This document shows, one piece after another, positions 63,640-64,000 of a stretch of 64,000 nucleotides of DNA. The notes under the pieces are model-generated. The model was given only the letters and a program-made list of their open reading frames with translations. It did not search any database and had not been told where the DNA came from. Numbering within the stretch: the stretch's first letter is position 1; each line of letters starts with the position of its first letter. A program made the translations under genes and the position numbers. Origin of the DNA: a virus (Duplodnaviria > Heunggongvirae > Uroviricota > Caudoviricetes); IMG/VR virus record IMGVR_UViG_3300029267_003506, one strand, 5' to 3'.

Positions 63640-63652
63640 GAGCCCGGTTATA
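63640..63652 (+). promoter_or_regulatory. conserved phage motif GAGCCCGGTTATAAAG
   Basis: 35 nt upstream of the ATG at 63688. Confidence 0.45.
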
Positions 63653-63687
63653 AAGAAGACAAAGGGCTCTCACTGAAAGGAAAAGTC

Positions 63688-64000
63688 ATGGAAATCATCA
63701 GGCACGAGGGAAATGGAATAGCGCCTCTGTACGTCCACTACGAGCGCCAATCAGAACCGCAAGGGGCGTACATCGAAATTGACCCGGAACAGCAGACAAT
63801 CAGCGCCAACTACAATTGCGAAATCGGTACCATGGTCCCTGCCGAGGTCTACTATGACCGCGTCTTTCGCCTCCCAATCTCCCCATGCATCAGCGCCGAA
63901 GCGTTATCCGAAACCATGGAAGCGATTTTGCCACACGCAAATCGTATCGCCAATGGATACGAATGCAAACGGGAGAAGGGCAAAGTAACCGGACACCTGA
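63688..64000 (+). CDS. hypothetical protein, partial (continues past the window end)
   Basis: MEIIRHEGNGIAPLYVHYERQ... with RBS GAAAGGAAAAG. Preceded by GAGCCCGGTTATAAAG. Confidence 0.45.
   Translation, partial: MEIIRHEGNGIAPLYVHYERQSEPQGAYIEIDPEQQTISANYNCEIGTMVPAEVYYDRVFRLPISPCISAEALSETMEAILPHANRIANGYECKREKGKVTGHL

Overview
The window is 64 kb of tailed dsDNA phage (Caudoviricetes-type) or prophage DNA, tightly packed and mostly on the minus strand. Calls rest on motif reading of the supplied six-frame ORF translations and on start codons, RBSs and hairpins checked by eye in the DNA. No database search was run.

Left end (about 1-8.2 kb, minus strand): part of a packaging and head module. 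It holds a clear large terminase (Walker A/B plus a C-terminal RNase-H-like nuclease), a probable portal immediately downstream, and a large acidic protein with (KPEA)n repeats.

Remainder: a dense accessory, early-like region. It contains many small Zn-ribbon proteins, two AAA+ (MoxR/CobS-like) ATPases, each near a protein with an N-terminal HEVLH zincin-like domain and a C-terminal von Willebrand A domain, and a WGR-domain protein. It also contains an EndoIII-like FeS glycosylase next to a Cas4-like PD-(D/E)xK nuclease, an SPFH/band-7 protein with a membrane partner, a secreted 3D-domain cell-wall hydrolase, a ParB-like protein, a KOW/NusG-like protein, a metallophosphoesterase, a 1018-aa ankyrin plus zincin (HELGH) protein, a stand-alone ribosomal L7/L12 C-terminal-domain homolog, and a Gly/Ser/Thr-rich tail-fiber-like protein.

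Most notable observation: a paralogous family of at least 19 proteins shares one approximately 17-aa amphipathic peptide box (consensus M-[DN]-[DEK]-[RK]-R-[VI]-A-x-E-L-[VI]-R-[LVI]-A-K-x-L). It is usually at the extreme N-terminus, is followed by a Gly/Ser linker and unrelated C-terminal parts, and includes a run of ten consecutive genes at 57.7-61.7 kb. I read it as a shared targeting or docking peptide. The analogy is the capsid-targeting sequences of T4 internal proteins or the phiKZ inner-body propeptides, which would imply an arsenal of co-packaged or co-localised effectors. This is unproven.

Recurrent intergenic motifs: three classes, plus four intrinsic terminators and several coding and non-coding tandem repeats.
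1. Nine sigma70-type extended -10 elements (TGGTATAATGG) on the minus strand; several sit so close to start codons that they imply leaderless mRNAs or mis-annotated starts.
2. Eight copies of GAGACCGGTTATACAGG, always 20-60 nt upstream of start codons on either strand, a candidate phage-specific promoter.
3. Six copies of AATATCAAGAAAATATG, all in the same absolute orientation.
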